DNA of 64,000 bases from Candidatus Firestoneibacteriota bacterium (GCA_038042445.1 JBBTED010000072.1:1-64000), one strand, 5' to 3'; shown: positions 14,490-25,044, counted from the first letter of the stretch. Made by a program: numbers and translations. Notes: generated by a model from the sequence alone, not told the origin.

Positions 14490-15080
14490 GTGTATAATTT
14501 AGACTATATGGAAATCTATGAAGGTCCATTAATGGAAATAATCAGGAAAAGAAAAAGTGTCAGAAAATATATTGACACACCTGTTGAAAAAGAGAAAATA
14601 GAAGCAATTATTGAAGCAGCCAGACTTGCTCCTTCCTCAAGTAATACACAACCATGGAGATTTATAGCAGTTTTAGATAAAACTGTACTTTCTGAAATCA
14701 AAGCTAAAGGACTTGGAGGCATTGTGCCTAATAAATGGGCAAGCACTACACCTGCAGTAATTGTTGCATGTGCAGAATTAAATATAATAACACATAGAAT
14801 TGGAGCAACAATAAAGAATATAGATTACCACTTAATAGATCTTGGTATAGCTACAGAACATTTAATATTGCGTGCTACAGAACTTGGGCTTGGAACCTGC
14901 TGGATTGGCTGGTTTAACGAAAAAGAAATAAAGAAAACTTTAAATATACCTACAACAGTACAGGTAATTTCTCTTATCACCATAGGATACTATGAAGATA
15001 AAGCTAATATTACAGCAAAAACACGTATGTCTATGAATAGTATTTTGTTTTATAATAAATGGAAAGGACAGATGAAATGA
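14490..15080 (+). CDS. Nitroreductase family protein
   Basis: RKSVRKY, ARLAPSSSNTQPWRF, LGLGTCWIG; true start probably ATG 14508 or 14532. Confidence 0.93.
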   Translation: MYNLDYMEIYEGPLMEIIRKRKSVRKYIDTPVEKEKIEAIIEAARLAPSSSNTQPWRFIAVLDKTVLSEIKAKGLGGIVPNKWASTTPAVIVACAELNIITHRIGATIKNIDYHLIDLGIATEHLILRATELGLGTCWIGWFNEKEIKKTLNIPTTVQVISLITIGYYEDKANITAKTRMSMNSILFYNKWKGQMK

Positions 15081-16531
15081 AAATTTTATTAGCAAATTTG
15101 CCATGGATAAACACTGAAGAGTTTTATGGATTAAGAGCAGGCTCACGTTGGCCACATTTAAGAAATAGAAAAGAAATGTTGGAATATTATCCTTTTCCAT
15201 TTTTTTTAGCTTATGCATCAGCAGTTTTAAAAGAAGCTGGATATGAAATAATTCTAAAAGATTGTATTGCAGAAGGAATTACAAAAAAAGATTTTATTAA
15301 TTTTTCTTCAGAGCTTAAACCAGATATTGCAGTATTCGAAACATCTACTCCATCTATTGAAAATGATTTAGAATTAAGCAAGCTTGTTAAAGAAACAACA
15401 AATGCTGTAATAGTTTTAACTGGTCCTCATGTAACTGCAATGCCATCTGAAGCACTAAAAGAAGAATATATTGATTATGTGCTATGTGGAGAATGTGACT
15501 ATGTATTACGAGATTTAGTATCAGCTTTAAAAAATAACTCTGACACATCAATAATTAAAGGCGTTTGTGGAAAGAAAAATGGTAAAATATTTATTAATGA
15601 AAGAGCCCCACTAATTAACAATTTAGATGACTTACCATATCCATTAAGAGAAAGTTTGCCTATGACAAAATATAATGACCCTTTTTGCAAACATACGCCA
15701 AATACTCAGATGTTAACCAGCAGAGGTTGTCCGTATGGATGTATATTTTGTATGGAACCATGGGTGTATTATGGAAAATCCAATTACCGTATGCGTTCCC
15801 CAAAAAGTGTTGTAGATGAAATGGCATTTTTGATTAAAAAATATAATGCTAAGGAAATTTATTTTGATGATTCATCATTTTCAGTAAATCAGGAAAGAGT
15901 AAAAAAAATATGTGATGAAATAACAACACGGGGCATAAAAGTTTTCTGGTCCTGTATGGCTGATGCAAAACTTGAAGAAGATACTTTGCGACAAATGAAA
16001 AAAAATGGATGTGTTGCTGTAAAATTCGGTGTAGAATCAGCAAGTCCCACTATTCTTAAAAACGTAAACAAACCAATAAATTTAGATAATGTAAAAGAAG
16101 TTGTTAATCGCTGCAAAAAAGTTGGGATAGAAACACATGCTACATATATGTTTGGATTACCCGGAGAAACAAAAGAAACCATAAAAGAAACTACTGATTT
16201 CGCATTTGCTTTAAAAACAGATACAGCTCAATTTTCTGTTGCAATACCATATCCCGGCACTAAATTCTATGAATTAGCAAAAGAAAACAATTGGATTATT
16301 GCAAAAGATTGGCAGGATTTCTCCGGAAGCAAATCAACAATACAATATCCAAATATATCACCTGAAGAAATATTAAATGCCGCAAATTATTGCAGAAAGA
16401 GAATAATACTTAAAACTGTGACAAATCCAAGACAAGCATTTCAATATTTAAAATCAATTTATAATTATGGTGGATTTTACCATTTACTACACACAATTTT
16501 TCAAAAATTATGGTATCTTATTAAACATTAA
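15077..16531 (+). CDS. B12-binding domain radical SAM protein
   Basis: RAGSRWPH, GPHVT, TSRGCPYGCIFC (CxxxCxxC), YFDD, FGVES, GLPGET, PYPGT; ATGA overlap with the nitroreductase stop. Confidence 0.9.
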   Translation: MKILLANLPWINTEEFYGLRAGSRWPHLRNRKEMLEYYPFPFFLAYASAVLKEAGYEIILKDCIAEGITKKDFINFSSELKPDIAVFETSTPSIENDLELSKLVKETTNAVIVLTGPHVTAMPSEALKEEYIDYVLCGECDYVLRDLVSALKNNSDTSIIKGVCGKKNGKIFINERAPLINNLDDLPYPLRESLPMTKYNDPFCKHTPNTQMLTSRGCPYGCIFCMEPWVYYGKSNYRMRSPKSVVDEMAFLIKKYNAKEIYFDDSSFSVNQERVKKICDEITTRGIKVFWSCMADAKLEEDTLRQMKKNGCVAVKFGVESASPTILKNVNKPINLDNVKEVVNRCKKVGIETHATYMFGLPGETKETIKETTDFAFALKTDTAQFSVAIPYPGTKFYELAKENNWIIAKDWQDFSGSKSTIQYPNISPEEILNAANYCRKRIILKTVTNPRQAFQYLKSIYNYGGFYHLLHTIFQKLWYLIKH

Positions 16532-16549
16532 GGCAAACTGTATTACAAC

Positions 16550-16588
16550 TGTCATCCTGAGATTGCTTCGCTAACGCTCGCAATGACA
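16550..16588. repeat. Palindromic repeat, GTCAT..TGAC family
   Basis: tgtcatcctgagattgcttcgctaacgctcgcaatgaca; related to 43534-43562. Confidence 0.75.
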
Positions 16589-16596
16589 AAAACGAT

Positions 16597-17766
16597 ATGA
16601 AAATTTTATTTTGTTCACATGAACAATTTCTGCCATTAACAGGTGGTTGCACAATAGGCAATATCCAAATTGTCCAAAAAATGAGTGAACGCGGACATAA
16701 TGTCGTTATATCTACACCACTTTATATTGATAAAAAACCAATAGAAGAAACTTACAAAATAAAATTTGAGCCTTTCTCACCTTTTTATATGCATAGAAAA
16801 ATAAAATTTCGTATGGCAAAATATTTTTTTTATGCTTTTCTATATATGTTCCACGCAATAAAAATCAGTAAAAAATACAACTTTGATGTCCTATTTGTAC
16901 GCAACTGTGTTCTTGTAATTCCACTTTTAATTGCAAAAAAACTTGGGTTTATAAAAAAACCTATTTTTGTAAGCTTGACTGATTTTCTAACAGCATTTTT
17001 GTATGAAGACAAAAAATACCCTAAAAAATTAATTGATATATTATTTTATATAGAAACTACTGCTCCCAGATATTGCGATAAAATATTTGTAATTACACCT
17101 TATATGAAAGAAGAATTAGTGAAACGTAAAGTTCCTGCGGATAAAATTGTTATCACTTATGATGGTGCTGATGTAGATGTATTTAATCCGGAAAAAATTT
17201 CAGAAGAACAAATAAATAGTGTAAAAAAAGAATCTGGTTTTTCAGACAACATCGTTTTATTTCATGGTACAATAGAACTACATCATGGCACAAATACAAT
17301 GAAAAATATTTTGGAATGGACATCAAAAAAAGCGAATAATGTGAATTTTTTAATAATAGGCATTGGAAAAAACTATAAAGATTTACAAAAACAAATTAAT
17401 TTGCCAAATGTAAAATTTTTAGATTTTGTCCCTAGCGAACAAATACCAAAATATATCGCCGCTGCAAAAGTAGGAATTATACCATACCAAAAAAGTTATG
17501 GACTGGATTTGGTATTAACTTTAAAACTATTAGAATATCTTTCAATGGGAACACCTGCTGTTACACTTAGACATAAGAGTATTGAAGAAGTTTTTGGAAA
17601 ATATGACTTTTTAAAAATTGCTGATAGCATAGAAGATTTTGGCGATAAAATTTTGGAAGCTTTAAAATTGCCAAAATTTCAAACTGCTGTAAATTTAATA
17701 AGAGAACAATTTTCCTGGGATAAAGTCACTACTAAAATCTGCGAAGAAATAGAATCATTTAAATAA
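16597..17766 (+). CDS. Glycosyltransferase family 4
   Basis: GT-B pattern: RGHNV, DG.D...F.P, LKLLEYLSMGTPAV, FSWD. Confidence 0.85.
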   Translation: MKILFCSHEQFLPLTGGCTIGNIQIVQKMSERGHNVVISTPLYIDKKPIEETYKIKFEPFSPFYMHRKIKFRMAKYFFYAFLYMFHAIKISKKYNFDVLFVRNCVLVIPLLIAKKLGFIKKPIFVSLTDFLTAFLYEDKKYPKKLIDILFYIETTAPRYCDKIFVITPYMKEELVKRKVPADKIVITYDGADVDVFNPEKISEEQINSVKKESGFSDNIVLFHGTIELHHGTNTMKNILEWTSKKANNVNFLIIGIGKNYKDLQKQINLPNVKFLDFVPSEQIPKYIAAAKVGIIPYQKSYGLDLVLTLKLLEYLSMGTPAVTLRHKSIEEVFGKYDFLKIADSIEDFGDKILEALKLPKFQTAVNLIREQFSWDKVTTKICEEIESFK

Positions 17767-18462
17767 GTATTCAAAACGCAATCTCCACACTACCCATATA
17801 GCTTCATATACTATTTTTTTTGACATCTTGGAACTTCCAATATGACGGTCCATAAAAATTATTGGGATTTCCCCAATTTTATATCCTTTTTTAAAACATC
17901 TGTAGTTCATCTCAATCTGAAAAGCATATCCATCTGAATGTATTGCATCAAGATTAATATTTTGTAAAACTTCTTTTTTGAAACATTTAAAACCTGCAGT
18001 GCAATCTCTAATAGACAAGTTTAAAACTATCCTTACATACATACTAGCCATAAGACTTAATATCAGTCTTCTAAGTGGCCAGTTTACAACACTTATACCA
18101 GTTAAATATCGTGAACCAATTACTACATCATATTTTTCCATTGCTTCAATAAAATATTGTACTATTTTTGGATCATGAGAAAAATCAGCGTCCATTTCCA
18201 ATATATAATCTACATCCTGTTTCAATGCATATTTGAATCCTGCAACATAAGCTGAACCAAGCCCAAGTTTACCGGCTCTATGTATAACTTCAATTTGTTT
18301 ATATTTACTTGCTAATGTATCCGCTATTTCTCCTGTACCATCAGGAGAATTGTCATCTATTATTAATATCCTTATATAATCACCAAGTTGAAGCAATTCA
18401 TCAACTAAGAGCTCAATGTTTTGTTTTTCATTATAGGTAGGAATCACTATTAATGTTTTCAT
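17755..18462 (-). CDS. Polyprenol monophosphomannose synthase (GT2, DPM1-like)
   Basis: IPTYNE, DDNSPDGTG, GKLGLGSAY, MDADFSHDP, GYAFQIE. Confidence 0.92.
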   Translation of the reverse strand: MKTLIVIPTYNEKQNIELLVDELLQLGDYIRILIIDDNSPDGTGEIADTLASKYKQIEVIHRAGKLGLGSAYVAGFKYALKQDVDYILEMDADFSHDPKIVQYFIEAMEKYDVVIGSRYLTGISVVNWPLRRLILSLMASMYVRIVLNLSIRDCTAGFKCFKKEVLQNINLDAIHSDGYAFQIEMNYRCFKKGYKIGEIPIIFMDRHIGSSKMSKKIVYEAIWVVWRLRFEYLFK

Positions 18463-18477
18463 AAGTTACGATTTATT

Positions 18478-18536
18478 GTAGGGCATCCACCTAGACAAAT
18501 GCTTGTTTTTTTGCAAGGCGAAAGCCTTGCCCTACA
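18478..18536. repeat. GTAG-type REP-like doublet (left copy degenerate)
   Basis: gtagggca...gcaaggcgaaagccttgccctac; related to gcaaacctgaagatttgccctac at 97-119. Confidence 0.6.
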
Positions 18537-18542
18537 TAGAAA

Positions 18543-18764
18543 TTATATAAGTCCTGATGATTTAAAGAGTTGGTATCCAACCCAAGCAAGAAATACTACA
18601 CCAACACTTGTTACTGCTACTACTATATACCACGCAATGGATTTAACTGTTTGCAACCATTTTTTCTCTGGAACTTTATCTTCATAAGCTATACTAATCA
18701 TCAATGACACTGCGAATATACCCACTCCTGCAACTATTAAAGACCAAAGTAATCCTTTATCCAT
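18543..18764 (-). CDS. Small two-TM membrane protein
   Basis: AGGAGG SD upstream; two hydrophobic segments. Confidence 0.7.
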   Translation of the reverse strand: MDKGLLWSLIVAGVGIFAVSLMISIAYEDKVPEKKWLQTVKSIAWYIVVAVTSVGVVFLAWVGYQLFKSSGLI

Positions 18765-18790
18765 AATTTACCTCCTAAAACAAATTTTTT

Positions 18791-18857
18791 GGTAGCACAG
18801 GGTCTTTAGACCCTGCAGATTTTTTATTTATGAATGGTCTAAAGACCATTCACTACC
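18791..18857. repeat. GTAG-type REP-like inverted doublet
   Basis: ggtagcacagggtctttagaccctgc and gaatggtctaaagaccattcactacc; each arm is itself a hairpin. Confidence 0.75.
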
Positions 18858-18905
18858 GTTCATTTTCTTTCATAAAACTTTTTACAGTACTCGTTTTACA
18901 TTTTT

Positions 18906-19865
18906 TTATAGCCATTTTTTCTTTCTAAAGAAAAAGTACATCAGTATAGTTGTAAAAATAATTATACACCACACAAATATATAACCTATAATTCCCCATT
19001 CAAATTCAGGAGCTTTTACATTCATTCCATAGAAACTGGTTATTAAAGTAAGTGGCATCATAAATGTTGCTATAATTGTAAGAGTTTTCATTACCTCATT
19101 TAATCTGTTTGAAATAATTGAATGATATACTTCCATTGATGAAGTCAACATATCCCTATATGTTTCAATAATACTATATATTCTAACTGCATGGTCATAT
19201 ATATCTCTAAAATAAATTGCTATATCTGGTTTTATAAACGGAAAATCTCTTCTGGTTAAAATATTTAACACTCCCTGCTGTGGACCTAATATCTTACGCA
19301 TAGAAAGAGTATTTTTTTTAAGTGCAAATATTTGGTGCATAATTAAAGATGTAGGTGCATTTGCTAATTCATCGTCTATCTTATCTATCTTCTCATCCAT
19401 ATTTTCAAGAACAGGGAAATATGTATCCATTATACTATCCAAAATATTATATAAAAGAAAATCAACTCCCTTTGCTATTACATTTGGATTAGATTTAACT
19501 ATTTCAAAAATAGCTGTAATTGGCTTAATTGTTTCCGGATGCAAAGTAATAAGATAGTTTTCTCCTAAAAATAAATCCAGTTCACTTGTGCAAATATTTC
19601 CATTTGGACAAGTAATTGCGTGAAATACCATAAAAATATTGCTTCCAAAATCGTTTATTTTGGGATGATTTTGTGGAAATATACAATCTTCAATAGCCAA
19701 AGGATGAAAATCAAATTCATCTACTAATATATCTATCTCTTGTTCTGTTGGATCATTTATATCTAACCACAATAATCCTTTTTTTTGTTTGATAATATCA
19801 ACAAGCTCTTCTTTTGAAATCTCTGTTCGTAATTTATCTTCTGAATAAAAGAAAGTTTTTAACAT
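18906..19865 (-). CDS. corA: Magnesium/cobalt transporter CorA
   Basis: FHPLAIED, YFRDIYDH, NEVMKTLT, YGMN signature, two C-terminal TMs. Confidence 0.95.
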   Translation of the reverse strand: MLKTFFYSEDKLRTEISKEELVDIIKQKKGLLWLDINDPTEQEIDILVDEFDFHPLAIEDCIFPQNHPKINDFGSNIFMVFHAITCPNGNICTSELDLFLGENYLITLHPETIKPITAIFEIVKSNPNVIAKGVDFLLYNILDSIMDTYFPVLENMDEKIDKIDDELANAPTSLIMHQIFALKKNTLSMRKILGPQQGVLNILTRRDFPFIKPDIAIYFRDIYDHAVRIYSIIETYRDMLTSSMEVYHSIISNRLNEVMKTLTIIATFMMPLTLITSFYGMNVKAPEFEWGIIGYIFVWCIIIFTTILMYFFFRKKKWL

Positions 19866-20641
19866 AATTTTCTATGTAATCGCTCTATAGATTTCGCTTT
19901 GCCTGTATTTTCATCTATATCCAATACAACACCGCACAAAACAATATCATCACTTGCTACATCAAATTTTACGGGCATCTGCAAAAGAAACCTTTGTATT
20001 GCAATTTCTTTTTTTGCTCCTATGACTGAATCCTGAGGCCCTGTCATACCTACATCAGTTATATATGCAGTGCCACCCGGCAATATTTTTTCATCTGCAG
20101 TCTGAACATGTGTATGTGTACCTAATATAGCAGAAACTTCTCCATTTAAATACCAGGCAAAAGCATTTTTTTCAGACGTAACTTCTGCATGAAAATCAAT
20201 AATTATGATTTTTGTTTGTTTCTTTAAGTTTTCAACTTCCCGTTTTGCAACACGAAATGGACAATCAAAATTTTGCATATAAACCCTGCCTGCTACATTA
20301 ATAACTCCAACTTTTAAATTGTCAATAGTTTTAAAAACAACAGAACCTTTTCCTGGAACACCTAAAGGATAATTTGCGGGCCGTAATAAATTTACACATA
20401 ATTCTATATCTTTAACTATTTCTTTTTTATCCCAAATGTGATTTCCACTTGTCAATAAATCTACGCCATATCCATGCAATTCCTCTACAATTTGCGGTGT
20501 TACACCCAAACCACCAGCAGCATTTTCACAATTAGCAATTGTTAAATTAATCTGGAATTCTTTTTTTAATTTTGGTAACAATTCACATATAGCTTGTCTA
20601 CCTGGTTTTCCACATATATCGCCTATAAATAAAATTTTCAT
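19859..20641 (-). CDS. ymdB: YmdB/TIGR00282 family metallophosphoesterase
   Basis: LFIGDI.GKPGR, NCENAAGG, GNHIWD, DFHAE.TSEK, GTHTHVQTAD; directly after rny. Confidence 0.93.
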   Translation of the reverse strand: MKILFIGDICGKPGRQAICELLPKLKKEFQINLTIANCENAAGGLGVTPQIVEELHGYGVDLLTSGNHIWDKKEIVKDIELCVNLLRPANYPLGVPGKGSVVFKTIDNLKVGVINVAGRVYMQNFDCPFRVAKREVENLKKQTKIIIIDFHAEVTSEKNAFAWYLNGEVSAILGTHTHVQTADEKILPGGTAYITDVGMTGPQDSVIGAKKEIAIQRFLLQMPVKFDVASDDIVLCGVVLDIDENTGKAKSIERLHRKLC

Positions 20642-22224
20642 TTAGCGTATTCTACAACTCTCATTTCCCTTATTACAGTAACTTTTATTTGACCGGGATA
20701 CTCGTGTTCTGTTTCAATTTTTTTCGCGATATCGCGTGCAAGCTGAAGAGCATCAGCATCACTTATTTGTTCATGTTCCACCATTATACGAACTTCTCTA
20801 CCAGCTTGTATCGCATATGATTTTTGAACACCTTTAAATGATTCTGCAATTGATTCAAGTTTTTTAAGTCTCTTTACGTAATTTTCTAATGTTTCACCAC
20901 GCGCCCCTGGCCGTGAACTTGATATAGCATCAGCAGCTTGAACAATTATAGCTTCTAATGGACGTTGTATATCATCACTATGATGACCTGCTATGCCAAA
21001 AATTACCCTCTGAGATTCACCATATTTTCTTGCAAGCTCTTCACCTAATTTATCATGTGTACCTTCTACTTCATGATCTATTGCTTTGCCAATATCATGC
21101 AAAAATCCGGCTCGTTTAAAAACAGGCACATCTAAATTTAATTCAGCTGCCAATAACCCGGCAAGCCGAGCTACTTCAATTGAATGTTGCAATACATTTT
21201 GGCCATAACTTGTCCTATATTTTAATCTACCTAATAATTTTACAATTTCAGGATGAATACCTGGAATTCCAATTTTTAAAACAGCCTGCTCACCTGTTTC
21301 TTTTATTATTCCATCCATTTCATTTTTTACTTTAGCAACCACTTCTTCTATTCTTGCAGGATGAATTCTTCCATCAGAAAGTAATCTCTCAAGAGAAATC
21401 CTTGCTATTTCTCTGCGTACTACATCAAACCCTGAAACAACAACTGCTTCAGGTGTATCATCAATAATTACGTCTACACCAGTTGCAGCTTCAAGTGCCC
21501 TTATATTTCTACCTTCGCGACCAATTATTCTACCTTTCATTTCTTCATTTGGAATAGGAATTACCGAAACTGTAGTTTCAACTGTATGTTCCATTGCACA
21601 ACGTTGTATTGCTAAAGTTAAAATCTTTTTTGCATTTTTTTCTGCTGTATCTTTTGCTTCATCTTCTATTCGTTTCATTAAAATAGCTGCTTCATGTCGC
21701 ATTTCAGATTCCATACTTTGAAGAAGTAATTTTTTTGCCATCTCTGCTGTAAGACCTGATATTTTTTCAAGTCTCTGTCTTTCTTCTTCTAAAGCTATTC
21801 CAAGCTGTTCTTCTTTTTCCTTTACTGATTTTTCTCGTGTCAGAATTGCTCTTTCTCTATTTTGTATATCTTTATCTTTCTTATCCAGTATCTCAAGTTT
21901 TCGTTCTGAGTTTTCTTCTTTCTGTGTTAAACGTTTTTCCAGATTTTGTAGATCCTGCTTTTTTATATTTGCCTCTTCTTCAAAATCAGCTTTAATTTTA
22001 TAAAGTTTATCCTTAGCTTCAAGTATTGCTTCCCTCTTTTTGTTTTCAACTTGTTTTTCGGCTTCTTCAATAATCTTTTTTGCCATTTTCTCGGCAGACA
22101 TAATCTTGCTTTCAGCCAAATGTTTTCGAACAAGATATCCGCCAATTGAACCAAGAATACCAATTACTAAAATTGTTACTCCATACAAAATACTCATTAA
22201 ATTTAAGTTACTAATGATCGCCAC
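20638..22224 (-). CDS. rny: Ribonuclease Y
   Basis: N-terminal TM, coiled coil, KH domain (KGRIIGREGRNIR), HD domain (LHDIGK). Confidence 0.98.
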   Translation of the reverse strand: MAIISNLNLMSILYGVTILVIGILGSIGGYLVRKHLAESKIMSAEKMAKKIIEEAEKQVENKKREAILEAKDKLYKIKADFEEEANIKKQDLQNLEKRLTQKEENSERKLEILDKKDKDIQNRERAILTREKSVKEKEEQLGIALEEERQRLEKISGLTAEMAKKLLLQSMESEMRHEAAILMKRIEDEAKDTAEKNAKKILTLAIQRCAMEHTVETTVSVIPIPNEEMKGRIIGREGRNIRALEAATGVDVIIDDTPEAVVVSGFDVVRREIARISLERLLSDGRIHPARIEEVVAKVKNEMDGIIKETGEQAVLKIGIPGIHPEIVKLLGRLKYRTSYGQNVLQHSIEVARLAGLLAAELNLDVPVFKRAGFLHDIGKAIDHEVEGTHDKLGEELARKYGESQRVIFGIAGHHSDDIQRPLEAIIVQAADAISSSRPGARGETLENYVKRLKKLESIAESFKGVQKSYAIQAGREVRIMVEHEQISDADALQLARDIAKKIETEHEYPGQIKVTVIREMRVVEYAK

Positions 22225-22402
22225 CCCCTTAGAAGAAATATATTATTATATAATTATATTTCAAAATAGAAGCATATATGCCTCTAAAAATAATAGTTTC
22301 CTGTAAAATTACACTTTCAGAAAAGTATACCAAATATAAATTTCATCTGCAATTAAAATTTTTGTGTGGGTGGGTCAATTCATCCGCATTAGGCAAAAAA
22401 AC

Positions 22403-23695
22403 TCATAATTCTATTTTTTTTATCTTGCTTTGGATAAAAAGTATTGTTGCAAATTGCAACCCGAGAATAAACAAAAAAGGAAGTTTTGGATCTATTTCAT
22501 AAAGTTTTCCAGCAATAGGGGCAGACGGTATAGAAAATAATGTTGATAATACCAATATAACTGCAGAAATTTTAGCACGTTCACTATCTTTCATTATGTT
22601 TGCACCATACGCATCGAATACAGGCCTGAATAATGCAACACCAAGTGCCGAAATAAAAGTAGATATAACTAAAAATACCATTGTTTGAGATGGAGAAATC
22701 AAAAATATAATGCTTGCAAGTACACTAAGACGTACACCCTGCAATAATCTGTTTTTTAATTTTTTCCCCATATCAAATGGTGGCATTAAAAGCATCAAAG
22801 AAATCAGCACACCTGAAAATACAAATGGAACAATTGAAACACTTGATTTGTCTATACCAATACCTTTTTCATCTGTAATATATATTGGAGAATATGTGCT
22901 CCATGCAATTGCAGTAAACCAGCTTAAAACCTGGATAATTAAAAAAAACATTAAATCTTTATTTGTAAATATTTTTTTGATTATAGGAATATATTCTTTT
23001 ATGAAATTGTTTTGCAAATTTACATTTGACACTTCTGCTTTTGTTTCTACAAGATTTTTCTGACGTATTATCAATGCAAATGATGTAGAAAGAATTGTTA
23101 TACCAAATAAAATTCTACAACCATCTAAAATCCCAAATGCTTTAATAATAATTCCTGCAATAGGTAGAAATAATCCACAACCCATTATAAATATCTGAAA
23201 CATTGAAAATAATAATGGCCTTTTTTCAATTTCTGTATTTTCAATAAAAAGACAACTCCAACCAGGTGCTACAATCCATGAAAAATTCCATATACACACT
23301 GCAATTAATACATCCCAAATATTTTGAGATATTAATAAAATAATAAATGGCGTAATCCAGCATATTATGTCAAAAAACATTACAACTTTTTTTCTTCCCC
23401 ATATATCCGCAAGATATCCACCAAGTATTAAACCGATAATTTGTGGCACAAGAGCGATTGATGTTATCCAACCAATCTGCATTTTAGAAAGACCTAAAGC
23501 AGCCATATAAAGAGGAATATATGTTGCACACCATAACATAGGAATACTGAAAAAAGGTTCAGTAATTAAAAGAACTTTAGCGTTACCTTGTAATGCCTTA
23601 AATAATTCATTGATTTTGCCTTTTTGCAAATACAAAATAGAAACTGATTGCTTCAAAAGATTAAGTGTAAAATCTACAGGACGATTTAATAACAT
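22403..23695 (-). CDS. MFS transporter
   Basis: About 12 TMs, GGYLADIWGRK motif A; true start probably downstream of 23695. Confidence 0.85.
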   Translation of the reverse strand: MLLNRPVDFTLNLLKQSVSILYLQKGKINELFKALQGNAKVLLITEPFFSIPMLWCATYIPLYMAALGLSKMQIGWITSIALVPQIIGLILGGYLADIWGRKKVVMFFDIICWITPFIILLISQNIWDVLIAVCIWNFSWIVAPGWSCLFIENTEIEKRPLLFSMFQIFIMGCGLFLPIAGIIIKAFGILDGCRILFGITILSTSFALIIRQKNLVETKAEVSNVNLQNNFIKEYIPIIKKIFTNKDLMFFLIIQVLSWFTAIAWSTYSPIYITDEKGIGIDKSSVSIVPFVFSGVLISLMLLMPPFDMGKKLKNRLLQGVRLSVLASIIFLISPSQTMVFLVISTFISALGVALFRPVFDAYGANIMKDSERAKISAVILVLSTLFSIPSAPIAGKLYEIDPKLPFLFILGLQFATILFIQSKIKKIEL

Positions 23696-23763
23696 ATATT
23701 TAAATGATGCAATTATATTTTATAACAGATTAGTCGTAAATCATAACTGAAGTATGCGTCAAT

Positions 23764-23812
23764 TTTAAATTTTTCGCTTTAGTTCTACGTTTTTCGCTTT
23801 TAGCTTTGAGTT
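23764..23812. repeat. Degenerate heptamer tandem array at the E2 stop
   Basis: tttaaat ttttcgc tttagtt ctacgtt tttcgct tttagct ttgagtt. Confidence 0.55.
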
Positions 23813-25016
23813 ATTCTATTATATCTTCCAAGACTTGTTTTAGTTTCTGCAGAAATTTTGCTGCGGTAACACCATCTATAACTCTATGGTCAACAGATAA
23901 TGTTAAATTCATCATTGGTTTTACAAATATTCCACCGTTACCTGCAACAACTTCATTTGTTATTTTTCCTATCGCGAGTATTGCACTTTCCGGCGGATTT
24001 ATTATTGCACTAAAATCTTCAATATCATACATTCCAAGATTAGAAATTGTAAATGTTCCACCTGTGTATTCATTAGGCAAAAGTTTATTACTCCTTGCTT
24101 TTGCTACTAAAGTATTTGCTTGAGTTACAATTTCAATAAGAGCTTTTTTATTTGCATTTTTTATCACAGGAACTATAAGCCCGTCATCTAAAGAAACAGC
24201 CATACCTATATTTATATCTTTATGTAGTATAATTTTATCCTCTGCAAAAGACGCATTTATTATTGGATTTTCTTCTAAAACTTTTGCAGTCGCATAAATT
24301 ATAATATCATTATATGAGATTTTAACATTTACTTTTTTCTTATATTCTTCAAGCAATGAAGTACGTAATGCTACAGCATTAGACATATCCACACTAATTT
24401 TAAGATAGAAATGCGGAGCATTTGTTTTGCTTTCTTTCATTCTCTTTGCAATAATCTTTCTCATTGGAGTAAGCAATAATTCTCCTGCCTGAGTTTGTTC
24501 AATCTCTTTACCCTTAGAAACATTTTTTCCTGTCCATTTTTTTACATCTTCTTCCGTTATTCTACCTCCTGAACCTGTTCCCTTCACATCTGCCAAATTT
24601 ATATTTAATTCTTTTGCCACCCGTTTAGCTGCCGGAGTTACAAAAATTCTTTCAGGAATATCCGTAGAAGATTTAATAGTTTCTTTCTGAAAAGTTTTTT
24701 CTTCTTTTATATTTGATTCTTGATTTTTGGTATTTGATTTTTGACCTTTGATATTTGATATTGCTTCTGGTATTGGCTCATTTGCATCTCCAACCAAAGC
24801 TATAGTCTGAAGAACAGGAATTACTTCTCCTTCCTTTGCAAGTATTTTCCTTACTATCCCAGATACTATAGATTCAACTTCTAAAGTTGCTTTATCAGTA
24901 GTTATTTCTAAAAGTATTTCACCTTTTTCAATTTTATCTCCTTCTTTCTTTCTCCATTTTGAAATTGTTCCTTCATTCATTGTTTCACCAAGCATTGGCA
25001 ATATTACGTTTTCCAT
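23811..25016 (-). CDS. 2-oxoacid/acetoin dehydrogenase E2, dihydrolipoamide acyltransferase
   Basis: Lipoyl domain EITTDKAT, E3-binding GTGSGGRI, catalytic DHRVIDG. Confidence 0.95.
   Translation of the reverse strand: MENVILPMLGETMNEGTISKWRKKEGDKIEKGEILLEITTDKATLEVESIVSGIVRKILAKEGEVIPVLQTIALVGDANEPIPEAISNIKGQKSNTKNQESNIKEEKTFQKETIKSSTDIPERIFVTPAAKRVAKELNINLADVKGTGSGGRITEEDVKKWTGKNVSKGKEIEQTQAGELLLTPMRKIIAKRMKESKTNAPHFYLKISVDMSNAVALRTSLLEEYKKKVNVKISYNDIIIYATAKVLEENPIINASFAEDKIILHKDINIGMAVSLDDGLIVPVIKNANKKALIEIVTQANTLVAKARSNKLLPNEYTGGTFTISNLGMYDIEDFSAIINPPESAILAIGKITNEVVAGNGGIFVKPMMNLTLSVDHRVIDGVTAAKFLQKLKQVLEDIIE
24704..24759 (-). repeat. 8 x 7-bp tandem repeat within the E2 linker
   Basis: Minus strand atcaaat atcaaag gtcaaaa atcaaat accaaaa atcaaga atcaaat ataaaag. 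Confidence 0.75.
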
Positions 25017-25044
25017 AATTTTCTCCTATATACAATATTTTTTA

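Noticed and set aside
22225..22402. 6S RNA, often found upstream of rny
   Set aside because: Very AT-rich with no long irregular hairpin visible
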